Positions 1-8,738 of a stretch of DNA of 14,540 nt are shown in pieces. Below the pieces are notes generated by a model that was not told the origin of the DNA, ran no database searches, and was given only the letters and a program-made list of their open reading frames with translations. Both the position numbers and the translations under genes were made by a program. How positions within the stretch are numbered: position 1 is the stretch's first letter; each line of letters starts with the position of its first letter. Location of the stretch: NCBI GenBank assembly GCA_963840855.1, contig CAWJBB010000025.1, positions 1 to 14,540 of the forward strand. Reading direction: 5' to 3'. Source of the stretch: an uncultured delta proteobacterium. GTDB taxonomy: Bacteria > Desulfobacterota > Binatia > UBA9968.

Positions 1-1
1 C

Positions 2-832
2 GCGGTGCAACTTCCTTCTCTCATGGGCGATCGGTATTTTTTGCCCCGTGGCGCGCCGGTTTATGAGACTCGGCGCGTGGTGATCGGCGCAACCGTGATC
101 CTGCAAGATGTGACGCGCCTGAGGCGCTTCGAGGAATTGAAGAACGACCTCGTTGCGACCGTTGCTCACGAGTTTCGCACGCCGCTGACCTCGTTGCGCA
201 TGGCGGTGCATTTGTGCACCGAGCAGGTAGCCGGACCCCTAACTGACAAGCAAGCCGAACTGCTGCATACGGCCAGAGAGGATTGCGATCGACTGCAGGC
301 TATGGTGGACGACCTGCTCGACTTGTCGCGCATCGAGTCGGGAAGGGTGGAACTGTTTCCGTTACCCACGGCGGTTAGCCATCTCGTGCACAGCGCTTTA
401 GAGGGGCACAAGCAAGAAGCCGCCGAGGCGGGACTAAGTTTAACCCTGGAGTCCGCTCTTCCCGAGGCCAGAGTATTGGCAGATCACGAGCGCATCGGGC
501 ACGTGTTTTCAAACATGATCGTCAATGCAATACACCACACGCCCAGGGGGGGCAATGTGACATTGGGCGCCCACGCGCTCAACGGTTTTATGCGCTTTAC
601 CGTCACAGATACCGGGAAAGGAATTTCGCAAGAGTATCGCGACCGGATTTTTGAAAAATTCTTTCGCGTGCCCGACACCGAGCCCAGGGGAACCGGACTG
701 GGTTTGTACATAGCCCGGGAAATCGTTCGCAGCCATGGAGGCGACATCGGCGTAGAAAGCGAGCCGGGAAAAGGCAGCATGTTCTGGTTTACAGTTCCAA
801 TCGCCGGTCAAACTCCTTCGAAGGGAGGATGA
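2..832 (+). CDS. Sensor histidine kinase, KinB-like (PAS tail + HisKA + HATPase_c); 5' end lies outside the window
   Basis: H-box VAHEFRTPLT, N-box NMIVNAIHHT, G1 DTGKGI, F-box IFEKFFR, G2 GTGLGLYI. The PAS C-terminal signature GATVILQDVT precedes the H-box. The frame is open from position 2. Confidence 0.93.
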   Translation, partial: AVQLPSLMGDRYFLPRGAPVYETRRVVIGATVILQDVTRLRRFEELKNDLVATVAHEFRTPLTSLRMAVHLCTEQVAGPLTDKQAELLHTAREDCDRLQAMVDDLLDLSRIESGRVELFPLPTAVSHLVHSALEGHKQEAAEAGLSLTLESALPEARVLADHERIGHVFSNMIVNAIHHTPRGGNVTLGAHALNGFMRFTVTDTGKGISQEYRDRIFEKFFRVPDTEPRGTGLGLYIAREIVRSHGGDIGVESEPGKGSMFWFTVPIAGQTPSKGG

Positions 833-834
833 TA

Positions 835-1485
835 ATGTCGGAAGCCAAGCCGCGTATTCTCATCGCCGATGACGAACGCAATATTCGCAAGAACCTCGCT
901 CTAGTGCTGGAGGCGGCGGGTTATCTGGTCGAGGTGGCAGAGGATGGCGATAAGGCTTTGGAGTTATGCAAACAGAGCCATCCGGATATCGCTTTTGTGG
1001 ATCTCAAGATGCCCAACATGAAAGGCCTCGATGTGCTTGCCCACGTTCGAGCGCTGAGCCCAAAAACCGCTGTCGTGATCATTACCGCTTACGGTACCGC
1101 GGCTAATGCCGTGGAAGCGATGAAGCTTGGGGCGGTCGATTTTCTCGAAAAGCCGTTCGATCCGAAAATTATAGAAATCTTGGCGGCGGAAATCCTTTTT
1201 CGCCAAAGACTCGGCGGCAGTGCTGCTTTTGATGATTTGATGCATCTCGCGGAGCTGGCGCGCAAGCGCAATGCCGTTATCGAAGAGCGGGGTTATTTGA
1301 AAACGGCGATGGCGCGCGCTCTGGATCGTCCCGAGCCATACTATTGGCTCGGGCAATCGTGGGATCGCGAGGGCGATGAGAAACGCGCCATTCGGTACTA
1401 TTACATGGCGGTAACAGCAAGTCATGATTGTCAGCCGGCCATCGATGCTTTGAAGCGTCTGGGTAAGCCGGTCAACGGCCGTTAG
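835..1485 (+). CDS. Response regulator: receiver domain + C-terminal helical TPR-like domain
   Basis: REC motifs [15 protein letters not shown] (phospho-Asp), ITAY, KPF. The C-terminus is TPR-like ([24 protein letters not shown]). GGAGG at 824-828 favours ATG 835; the alternative is ATG 829, which gives an ATGA overlap with the kinase. Confidence 0.88.
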   Translation: MSEAKPRILIADDERNIRKNLALVLEAAGYLVEVAEDGDKALELCKQSHPDIAFVDLKMPNMKGLDVLAHVRALSPKTAVVIITAYGTAANAVEAMKLGAVDFLEKPFDPKIIEILAAEILFRQRLGGSAAFDDLMHLAELARKRNAVIEERGYLKTAMARALDRPEPYYWLGQSWDREGDEKRAIRYYYMAVTASHDCQPAIDALKRLGKPVNGR

Positions 1486-2854
1486 TTTCATATTTCTTGC
1501 GCTTGCGCCAGAGGGTCGAAGCGTCGATGCCGAGAATCGCCGCGGCCTCCTCCAAGGTGGCGCTCCTGGCCAGTACCCGCGCGATATGCTCTCGTTCGAT
1601 GGCTTCCAGGGAGAAGTTACCGCCGATCTGTGGCGCTTCAGCGGTTGAGTGTGCAGATATATGCGCGGGGAACGCCTCCGGTTCGATGATCTCCGCCGGC
1701 CAGAGGATGACCGCTCGCTCGATTGTATTGCGTAGTTCGCGGATGTTTCCGGGCCAGGCATAAGCGACCAGCGCGGCTTCCGCCGCCGGGGATAAGCGCG
1801 GCGGTGGCCGGCGCGCTGCTTTGGCGAAGAAGGCCAAAAACCTGCGTGCCAGGCGCAAAGTGTCCTCCGAGCGTTCACGCAGCGGCGGTAGTTGTAAATC
1901 AATCACATTGAGACGATACAGTAGATCTTCGCGGAAATGCCCCTTGGCGACGTGATCCTCCAGATCGCGGTTTGTGGCGGCGATCACACGAACATCGGCG
2001 CGCCGGGTTCGATTCTCGCCGACGCGCTCAAACTCCTTTTCTTCCAAGAAGCGTAGAAGCTTTGCTTGCAAAGAGGGAGAAATTTCGCCGATTTCGTCAA
2101 GAAACAGCGTTCCGCCTTCAGCCGCCTCCACGCGCCCGGCCTGGTCTCGCACGGCGCCTGTGAAAGCTCCTTTGGCGTGGCCGAAGAGCTCGCTCGCCAA
2201 GAGTTCTTCCGAAAGGGTCGGGCAATTGACCACGACGAACGGGCTGCCCGCGCGCGGACTCAAGTTATGAGTCATGCGGGCCAAGACAGTCTTGCCGGTG
2301 CCGCTTTCGCCGCGCAAGAGAACCGCAACATCCGAAGCCGCGGCTTTGGCGGCGACATCGATGACGGAGCGAACTTTGGGTGAATCGCTTTCCAAATCGA
2401 TGTCCGGCGCCGCCTGGCTGAGACGCCCCTCGAGATCGTGAATCTGCCGATGGAGATCCCTTCGGGTGAGATACTGATCGACCAGGTGGCGAATCTGTGA
2501 CGGCGTGAACGGTTTGGCGATATAATCGGCGGCGCCGCGCTTGATGGCCTCAACGGCGCTGTCGATAGTTGCATAGGCGGTCATGATCACCACCATAAGA
2601 TCCGGCGCATCGGCAAGCAGTTTGGGAATGAGATCGAGACCGCTTGACTGTCCCAAGCGCAGGTCAAGAAACGCGAGGTCTTGCCGCTGTCGCGCCAGCG
2701 CATCCAACGCGGCTTCGGCTGAAGCTACGGTGGTGACCTCGCATTCGATTTGCTCAAGGCAGAGAGCCAGGGTGGCGCGGATGTTTTTTTCATCATCGAT
2801 CACCAACACCCGAAGCCCCTTCGCGGATGTCAAGCTCGGCTCGTCTTTTTGCAT
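1472..2854 (-). CDS. Sigma54-dependent response regulator (NtrC/AlgB-like; REC-AAA+-Fis HTH)
   Basis: REC (VIDDE, FLDLRL, TAY, KPF), Walker [22 protein letters not shown], Walker [28 protein letters not shown], and [20 protein letters not shown]. Confidence 0.96.
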   Translation of the reverse strand: MQKDEPSLTSAKGLRVLVIDDEKNIRATLALCLEQIECEVTTVASAEAALDALARQRQDLAFLDLRLGQSSGLDLIPKLLADAPDLMVVIMTAYATIDSAVEAIKRGAADYIAKPFTPSQIRHLVDQYLTRRDLHRQIHDLEGRLSQAAPDIDLESDSPKVRSVIDVAAKAAASDVAVLLRGESGTGKTVLARMTHNLSPRAGSPFVVVNCPTLSEELLASELFGHAKGAFTGAVRDQAGRVEAAEGGTLFLDEIGEISPSLQAKLLRFLEEKEFERVGENRTRRADVRVIAATNRDLEDHVAKGHFREDLLYRLNVIDLQLPPLRERSEDTLRLARRFLAFFAKAARRPPPRLSPAAEAALVAYAWPGNIRELRNTIERAVILWPAEIIEPEAFPAHISAHSTAEAPQIGGNFSLEAIEREHIARVLARSATLEEAAAILGIDASTLWRKRKKYETNGR

Positions 2855-2995
2855 GGAGCTACTTTAAAAGGGTTGGGCCCAACTCGCAACGGTCAGAGTT
2901 TGCCCTGGATGCAGAATGCACAATGACTCGAATGCAGAGCCGTGGTGTCTGATTCGGTTAACATTCCGCCACAAACCTGCTAAGAGACATGAATC

Positions 2996-5005
2996 GTGCT
3001 CTCGACGCCGCTTGCCTCGCTCAGGGAGTTGCTTCTCGGCAAACCCAAAGATCCTCTCGATCCGAAAGTTTTTCACCAAATATCGCTAGTTGCTTTCCTT
3101 GCCTGGGTTGGTCTTGGCGCGGACGGCCTGAGTTCCTCGGCCTACGGACCGGAAGAAGCCTTTCTCGCCCTCGGCGAGCACTTTTATCTCGCCCTGCCGC
3201 TAGCGCTTCTCATGGCGGTAACGGTCTTCGTTATATCCGCCAGCTACTCACAAATCATCGAGCTGTTTCCTACCGGTGGTGGCGGTTATCTGGTGGCAAC
3301 GAAGTTATTGGGGGCGAAGGCCGGGCTGGCGTCAGGGGCCGCGCTGGTGGTGGACTACATGTTAACCATTACAATCTCCATCGCCGCCAGCGCCGACGCC
3401 TTGTTCAGTTTCTTACCGTCGCCGTACGGGCCTTACAAGATCGTCGCGGAAGTATTTTTGATTTTCGGTCTGATTTTTTTGAATCTGCGCGGCGTGAAAG
3501 AGTCAATCATATTCCTGCTGCCGATTTTCTTGCTGTTTATTTTCATGCACATCGTTGTCATTGCCATGGGTTTACTGCCGCATCTCGGCGATATGCCAGC
3601 TTTGGTCGCGAACTCGTACCGTGAAACGGTGCACGACGTGCAGGGGTTGGGGCTGCTCGCGACATTAGCAATCTTGCTCCGTGCCTACAGCCTCGGCGGC
3701 GGCACTTATACAGGGATTGAAGCGGTGAGCAACGGACTGCAGATTTTGCGCGAGCCGCGCGTGGAGACCGGTAAAAGGACCATGGTTTACATGGCTATTT
3801 CACTCGCATTCACCGCCAGCGGGATACTGCTTTGCTATCTCTTGAATCGGGTCGCCCATGAACCGGGAAAAACCCTCAATGCCAGCTTGTTCGCAATCGT
3901 GTACGGCACCTTCTTCGGCGCCGATTCGCCAACCACCGCAGTCCTTGTGATCATCACTTTGATTACGGAGGCCGCGTTGTTGATCGTTGCCGCACAAGCC
4001 GGTTTTCTCGCCGGGCCGCGGGTGCTTGCTAACATGTCCCTGGATTCCTGGGCGCCGCACCGATTATCCCACTTGAGCGATCAGCTGGTGACCCGCAATG
4101 GCGTCTGGTTCATGGGGCTGACGTCCCTCGGGTTTCTGATTTACAGCCAAGGCCACGTCAAACTGCTGGTAGTCATGTACAGCATTAACGTGTTTCTCGT
4201 TTTCACCTTGTCGCAGATGGGAATGTGCCGCCACTGGTGGGAAGTGCGTAGATCGCAAACGCCGTGGCATCAACGACTGCTTATCGCCGGCCTGGGTTTG
4301 CTTCTAACGGGGACGATTTTGTTCGTAACCGTAACCACCAAGTTTGCGGAGGGCGGTTGGGTAACCATTTTCGTCACTCTCGTTTTCATATCGCTGTGTC
4401 AAGCCGTGCGCTGGCATTACGATCGCGTCAGAGAGGCGCTCAAGAGGCTTGATGACACGTTGCTTGGAATTCCTTTTCAGCCCGACTTGAACGCGGCCGC
4501 TCCGGTGAAGAACCCAAGCGCGCCTACTGCCGCAATCATCGTACGCGATTTTGACGGCATCGCGGTGCATACGCTACTGAACATCCAACGTTTGTTTCCC
4601 AATCATTTCAAAAACGTTGTCTTTATATCAGTTGGCGTCATCGATACCGGTCAATTCAAGGGACATGCCGAAATCGAGAACCTCAAACGCAAAAAGGAGG
4701 AGGACCTCAAGAGCTTCGTGGATTTTGCAACCTGTCTGGGTTGGTATGCCGAGTACCGTTATAGTCTCGGCGTAGATCTGATCGAGGAGTTAGAGCAACT
4801 GTGCGACGCGGTGGCCAAAGAGTTTCCGCGGGTAATTTTCTTCTGCGGCACGCTAGTGTTCGAACAGGAAAACCTGTTTACCCGTTTGTTGCACAATCAT
4901 ACTCCATTTACCTTGCAACAGCGGCTGCAGTTCTCAGGGCGGGACATGATGATTTTGCCGATTCGGGTTTTTACCGATGTTACGCCCGCGCAAAAAGCGG
5001 CATGA
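2996..5005 (+). CDS. APC-fold transporter, KimA/YdaO-like putative K+/H+ symporter
   Basis: About 12 hydrophobic segments plus a soluble C-terminal domain. ADGLSSSAYGPEE resembles KimA SDALSSVAYG. Also PTGGGGYLVA, ALVVDYMLT and TGIEAVSNG. The GTG start is uncertain. Confidence 0.85.
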   Translation: MLSTPLASLRELLLGKPKDPLDPKVFHQISLVAFLAWVGLGADGLSSSAYGPEEAFLALGEHFYLALPLALLMAVTVFVISASYSQIIELFPTGGGGYLVATKLLGAKAGLASGAALVVDYMLTITISIAASADALFSFLPSPYGPYKIVAEVFLIFGLIFLNLRGVKESIIFLLPIFLLFIFMHIVVIAMGLLPHLGDMPALVANSYRETVHDVQGLGLLATLAILLRAYSLGGGTYTGIEAVSNGLQILREPRVETGKRTMVYMAISLAFTASGILLCYLLNRVAHEPGKTLNASLFAIVYGTFFGADSPTTAVLVIITLITEAALLIVAAQAGFLAGPRVLANMSLDSWAPHRLSHLSDQLVTRNGVWFMGLTSLGFLIYSQGHVKLLVVMYSINVFLVFTLSQMGMCRHWWEVRRSQTPWHQRLLIAGLGLLLTGTILFVTVTTKFAEGGWVTIFVTLVFISLCQAVRWHYDRVREALKRLDDTLLGIPFQPDLNAAAPVKNPSAPTAAIIVRDFDGIAVHTLLNIQRLFPNHFKNVVFISVGVIDTGQFKGHAEIENLKRKKEEDLKSFVDFATCLGWYAEYRYSLGVDLIEELEQLCDAVAKEFPRVIFFCGTLVFEQENLFTRLLHNHTPFTLQQRLQFSGRDMMILPIRVFTDVTPAQKAA

Positions 5006-5063
5006 GTTTTACCACGGGGTCTCGGGTAACTCAGCAGCCCTCGAAAAGCGCCATTAATTATCA

Positions 5064-5209
5064 CTCTAGTGAGCTGCAACAATTGATCGCGTCAAGTTCG
5101 AAGAACCCTTCGACAAGCTCAGGGTGAACGGTCAAGGCAAAAGCCGTTCGTGGTGAGGCTCTCGAACCATGAACGACAAACGCTATGTAGTTGTCACAGT
5201 TCACTAGAG
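5064..5209. mobile_element. MITE-like non-coding element with imperfect terminal inverted repeats and CTAG at both ends
   Basis: 5064-5082 CTCTAGTGAGCTGCAACAA versus the reverse complement of 5191-5209, CTCTAGTGAACTGTGACAA (16/19 identical). CTAG at 5066-5069 and 5204-5207. No transposase. Confidence 0.55.
5106..5175. repeat. REP-like palindromic unit (CCCTTCGACAAGCTCAGGG...CCGTTCGTGGTGAG...TCGAACCATGAACG)
   Basis: Stems GAACGG(5126-5131)/CCGTTC(5144-5149), CGTTCGTGGT(5145-5154)/ACCATGAACG(5166-5175) and CCCT/AGGG. It resembles an intergenic repeat I recall from many bacterial genomes. Confidence 0.65.
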
Positions 5210-5737
5210 CAACCCGCGGTAATAGATTTTCGCGCCTTCCGGATGAGCGAACGGCGGTAGCTTATGCCCGTGACAGCCGGTGTCCATGATATGCGCCACG
5301 GACCAGCCTCGAACGAGAAACGCATCCGCGAGCAACTGTCGGTGGCAGCGCCAGGGCACGGCTTCGGCGCACATGAACGCGGTTCGTTTCGTGCCGGCCA
5401 ATCTTTCCACTTCCTCGACGATGTTGTGAAACTCATCCGTCAGCATGAAATCCGCATAGGCGCGGAAGGCGCCAACTTTCCAGCCGGTGTTTGGCGAGTT
5501 AGGCGCCGGTTTGCGAAACCCGCCGAGATCGCCGCGCCAAAGATAGTCGACACCGGCCTGTTCTAACGAATTCGATAACGCTTCGCGGTTAAATTGCGGA
5601 TGGCGCCGAGAGGCAGGCCAGCGGCGTACGTCGACGATCAATTCGATTTCATGGGCTTCGAGCAAGGCGAGAAATGTCTCGATCGTCCTTGTGGAATGGC
5701 CGACCGTATGAATCGTTCGCGCCGAGTCACAATTCAT
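5204..5737 (-). CDS. DUF488 family protein
   Basis: TVGHSTR, IVDVRRWPAS, PQFN, LGGFR and FMCAEAVPWRCHRQLLAD are characteristic DUF488 motifs. Confidence 0.9.
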   Translation of the reverse strand: MNCDSARTIHTVGHSTRTIETFLALLEAHEIELIVDVRRWPASRRHPQFNREALSNSLEQAGVDYLWRGDLGGFRKPAPNSPNTGWKVGAFRAYADFMLTDEFHNIVEEVERLAGTKRTAFMCAEAVPWRCHRQLLADAFLVRGWSVAHIMDTGCHGHKLPPFAHPEGAKIYYRGLL

Positions 5738-5747
5738 TTTAGCTCAC

Positions 5748-5812
5748 GTTCAAATGGTTCAAGCCGTCCGAATTACGGTTTGAACATCTTGAACGACTGG
5801 AACTCCTGGAAC
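5748..5812. repeat. 9-bp-period short tandem repeats in inverted arrangement (GTTCAA arm, TTGAAC arm)
   Basis: GTTCAA at 5748 and 5757, GTCCGA at 5766. Then TTGAAC at 5780 and 5789, TGGAAC at 5798 and 5807. Confidence 0.8.
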
Positions 5813-5852
5813 CGCCGTCGTAGATAGCGTATATCGATGCTATCATCGCGCC

Positions 5853-7091
5853 ATGTGGCATTCCATTCCGCTCACGCTGTTCTGGTTCACTTACTTTGGA
5901 TCGCTGGGAATCTTTTTTCCTTATTTCAGTTTGTATCTCCGGGAGAACGCGGGCCTCTCCGGGACGCAACTGGGAGTGGTCCTGGCCATTTCTCCGCTGG
6001 TGGGGATGATCGCGCAACCATTGTGGGGCCAGGTGGCCGACCGCACCGGCGCGCGCAGCCGTGTATTGGCATTTCTCACTCTGGGCACGGCGCTTGGGTA
6101 TGCGGGTCTCGGACTAGCGCAGGGCTTTGGGTACATCCTGATCGCGATGGCAGCTCTGGCGTCGGTCGGTACGGCGGTATTTCCGCTCATGATTTCCGTC
6201 AGCCTGGCAATTCTCCGCGACGAAGGGCGGCACGCCTTCGGCCGCGTGCGGGTGTGGGGAACCATCGGCTACTTCATCCTTATTCTTCTCTTCCCATGGT
6301 GTCTCAACGTTTATCAACCGCCCGGCGTTGTGCATTCTACCGGCCGGGAAATTTCCCAACCGGGTCTTGGCCTTATGTTTCCAATTACGGCGGCTCTGGT
6401 GCTCGTTGCCGCGTTCATTGCCTTCGTATTGCCGCAAAAGGGCGCGGTTGCGCTGCGCGCGCAGCGCGGCGACTGGCGTGAGCTCATGCGCAATGGCCCG
6501 TTTCTGCGGTTTCTTTTCTTTGCGCTGGCCGCCCACTTCCTGATGCACGGGCCCATGTGGCTATTTCCACTCTTTGTCCGCTCCCGCGGCGGCGATCTGG
6601 AAATGATTCGCGCCATGTGGATATTGATGTTAACCTTCGAGGTCCCGTTGGTGTTTTTGACGGGTAGCGGTCTGAAGCGGCTCGGCGCGCGCGGACTGCT
6701 GGCGGTTGGTGTTTTCGTGGGCGGTTTGCGTTGGACACTATGCGCGGTACTCACCGATCCCATGTTGCTGTTTGCCGTCCAGGCGTTTCACGGCGTGACG
6801 GTGGTTGGCCTCAACTTGGGAAGCCCGCTTTACTTGGACACGGTCGCCCCGGAACGACTGCGCTCGACCGCTCAGGGGATCCTCTCCATGGTGGGGATGG
6901 GGATAGCGGGCATCGCGTCGAATACTGCCGCCGGCTGGTTAGTAGACCACGGCGGGACGGACGCGCTTTACTTGATTTGCGGTTTGGGGGCGTTAGCATT
7001 GGGTTTGCTGACCGGGTGGTTCTTGCCCGCTGCGGCAACGCGTGACGCCAAACGCGCGCAGGAAGTGCTGCCGAGCGAGGTATTGCCGTAG
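5853..7091 (+). CDS. MFS transporter (MFS_1-like; HcaT/nucleoside:H+ symporter-like)
   Basis: 412 aa with about 12 TM segments. PYFSLYL, QPLWGQVADRTG, FGRVRVWGTIGY, FEVP and APERLRSTAQG. Confidence 0.9.
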   Translation: MWHSIPLTLFWFTYFGSLGIFFPYFSLYLRENAGLSGTQLGVVLAISPLVGMIAQPLWGQVADRTGARSRVLAFLTLGTALGYAGLGLAQGFGYILIAMAALASVGTAVFPLMISVSLAILRDEGRHAFGRVRVWGTIGYFILILLFPWCLNVYQPPGVVHSTGREISQPGLGLMFPITAALVLVAAFIAFVLPQKGAVALRAQRGDWRELMRNGPFLRFLFFALAAHFLMHGPMWLFPLFVRSRGGDLEMIRAMWILMLTFEVPLVFLTGSGLKRLGARGLLAVGVFVGGLRWTLCAVLTDPMLLFAVQAFHGVTVVGLNLGSPLYLDTVAPERLRSTAQGILSMVGMGIAGIASNTAAGWLVDHGGTDALYLICGLGALALGLLTGWFLPAAATRDAKRAQEVLPSEVLP

Positions 7092-7112
7092 AATTTTGAA
7101 TTGGAGGCGCAG

Positions 7113-7760
7113 GTGTTGAAAACAACATGGTCTATGGGGGCTGTAAGCCTGATTATCGCGCTCTTGTCCGTGCCGATATTTTCCTCTCCGGTGGCGGCGC
7201 AAAATTCTACGGTAAGCGCGTTTTTGGATGGGTTAGGACGCGAGCCGATGCTTGGGTCCGCGGGCGCTCCCGTTTGGATCGTCGAGTTCTCCGATTTTCA
7301 GTGCGGCTATTGCAGGAGGTTTTGGCAGGATACTTTGCCGAAGCTTAAAGAGTCATATATCGAAAAAGGCACCGTGCGTTTCACTTACCGCCACTTCGCC
7401 GTTCTCGGTAAACCGTCCGAGCAAGCCGCATTGGCCGCTGAATGCGCCGCGGTACAGAAAAAATTCTGGCCATATCACGACAAATTATTCGCCAACCTGG
7501 GGGAATCGCTCTTTACCGAAGCCAATTTCAAACGGTTTGCCCGGGAGGTGGGGCTAGATGCCGATCAGTTCGGCGCCTGTCTCAGCGCCGGCAAGCACAA
7601 GGAAAAAGTAGCGCGCGAAACCGCCACCGCGGCTTACCTCGGCGGCCGGGGGACACCGCTGTTTTTCGTCAACCAAAAGCTTTTGCCAGGCGCCCAGCCA
7701 TACAGCCTGTTTCAGAAAATCATCGCTGAAGAGCTGGCGGCGGTCAATACAAAGCGGTAA
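7113..7760 (+). CDS. DsbA/BdbD-family thiol-disulfide oxidoreductase with N-terminal signal peptide
   Basis: EFSDFQCGYC (CxxC) and cis-Pro loop GTP. Hydrophobic N-terminus ending VAA. GGAGG at 7103-7107 favours GTG 7113 or TTG 7116 over TTG 7101. Confidence 0.9.
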   Translation: MLKTTWSMGAVSLIIALLSVPIFSSPVAAQNSTVSAFLDGLGREPMLGSAGAPVWIVEFSDFQCGYCRRFWQDTLPKLKESYIEKGTVRFTYRHFAVLGKPSEQAALAAECAAVQKKFWPYHDKLFANLGESLFTEANFKRFAREVGLDADQFGACLSAGKHKEKVARETATAAYLGGRGTPLFFVNQKLLPGAQPYSLFQKIIAEELAAVNTKR

Positions 7761-7783
7761 GGCAGCTATCTTTCCGACAAGGC

Positions 7784-8614
7784 ATGGAGCACCGCCTTGA
7801 GTTTTTTCCGCGCCGGTCCATGTTCTGGCGCGTGAATCGCGAGATGGTATCGCTGCTGGCCGGTGGGCGCGCTTTGCTCATGCAGATTGCGCACCCCAAA
7901 GTCGCCGCCGGCGTTGCCGAGCACAGCCGTTTTAAGGATGATCCGCTGGGCCGCCTGCATCGGACCATGAACACCATGTGGTCCATCGTATTCGACGAGG
8001 CCGCCGCTGCCCGGGCTTCCCTGGAACGAGTCAGAAGCGTGCACGGAAAAGTACGAGGAGTCGTGGCGCAAAACGAAGCTTCTTTCACCGGCGCGCGCTA
8101 CGACGCTCTAGACCCGGATCTGCTGCTCTGGGTGCATGCCACGCTGATCGATTCCGGCATCCTAGCCTACGATAATTTCGTTGCGCCGCTTTCGCCGGTG
8201 GAAGCGTCTCGATATTACGAAGAAAGCAAAATACTCGCGCGGTTATTTGATATCCCTGAAGGACTCGTACCCGCTTCGCTGGCCGACTTCCAAGCGTACA
8301 TGAAAGCCATGCTCGCGGGGAATCAAATCGCCGTCGGACCCAGCGCGGGAACGCTGGCAAAGGAAATTCTTTATTCCCTCCCCTGGCTCTTGAAGCCTGC
8401 CGGGCCGCTCTTTCGTTTGATAACCGCCGGATTATTGCCGGCGGAGCTCAGGAAAGCTTATGGCATAGGTTGGAACCAACGGCGAGAAAAAACATTCAAG
8501 CTTTCAACTCTAACGATTCGGACACTGCTGCCTCTTGTTCCGCGGCCGCTGCGCATCGTGCCCCAAGCACGCGCCGCGGAAAAGCGCGCAAACAAAGATG
8601 GAGTGTTGGAATGA
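7784..8614 (+). CDS. MpaB/rubber-oxygenase-like (DUF2236) family protein
   Basis: GGRALLMQIAHPKVAAGVAEHSRF, PLGRLHRT, VRSVHGKVRG and YDALDPDLLLWVHATL. Confidence 0.9.
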   Translation: MEHRLEFFPRRSMFWRVNREMVSLLAGGRALLMQIAHPKVAAGVAEHSRFKDDPLGRLHRTMNTMWSIVFDEAAAARASLERVRSVHGKVRGVVAQNEASFTGARYDALDPDLLLWVHATLIDSGILAYDNFVAPLSPVEASRYYEESKILARLFDIPEGLVPASLADFQAYMKAMLAGNQIAVGPSAGTLAKEILYSLPWLLKPAGPLFRLITAGLLPAELRKAYGIGWNQRREKTFKLSTLTIRTLLPLVPRPLRIVPQARAAEKRANKDGVLE

Positions 8615-8630
8615 CGGAATATTAGAGTGT
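8599..8630 (+). repeat. 8-bp-period degenerate tandem repeat (4 units)
   Basis: TGGAGTGT TGGAATGA CGGAATAT TAGAGTGT. The second unit contains the TGA stop of the upstream gene. Confidence 0.6.
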
Positions 8631-8683
8631 CGTGATGTCCAAGGCTTCGGGTTGCGCCTATACCCTTAACCAACGTCTGTATT

Positions 8684-8726
8684 CTTAACGTCTGGAACGA
8701 TTTGAACGTTCTGAACGGCTTGAACG
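8684..8726 (+). repeat. 9-bp-period TTGAAC-type tandem repeat (5 units)
   Basis: CTTAAC 8684, TGGAAC 8693, TTGAAC 8702, CTGAAC 8711, TTGAAC 8720, each followed by G. Confidence 0.8.
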
Positions 8727-8738
8727 GTACCCGGACCG

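Noticed and set aside
964-1902. 312-aa minus-strand ORF
   Set aside because: Overlaps two well-supported regulators, has Arg/Ser/Pro-rich shadow composition and no motifs.
2955-2969. Sigma54 -24/-12 promoter for the transporter (CGGTTAACATTCCGC)
   Set aside because: Only the GG-N10-GC spacing fits; the flanking bases match TGGCAC-N5-TTGC poorly.
2989-3624. 211-aa plus-strand ORF
   Set aside because: Alternative frame within the transporter gene; no recognisable motifs.
5748-5812. CRISPR array interpretation of the periodic repeats
   Set aside because: Units are 7-9 bp with no unique spacers, and no cas genes are present.
5837-6481. 214-aa plus-strand ORF
   Set aside because: Alternative frame within the MFS gene.
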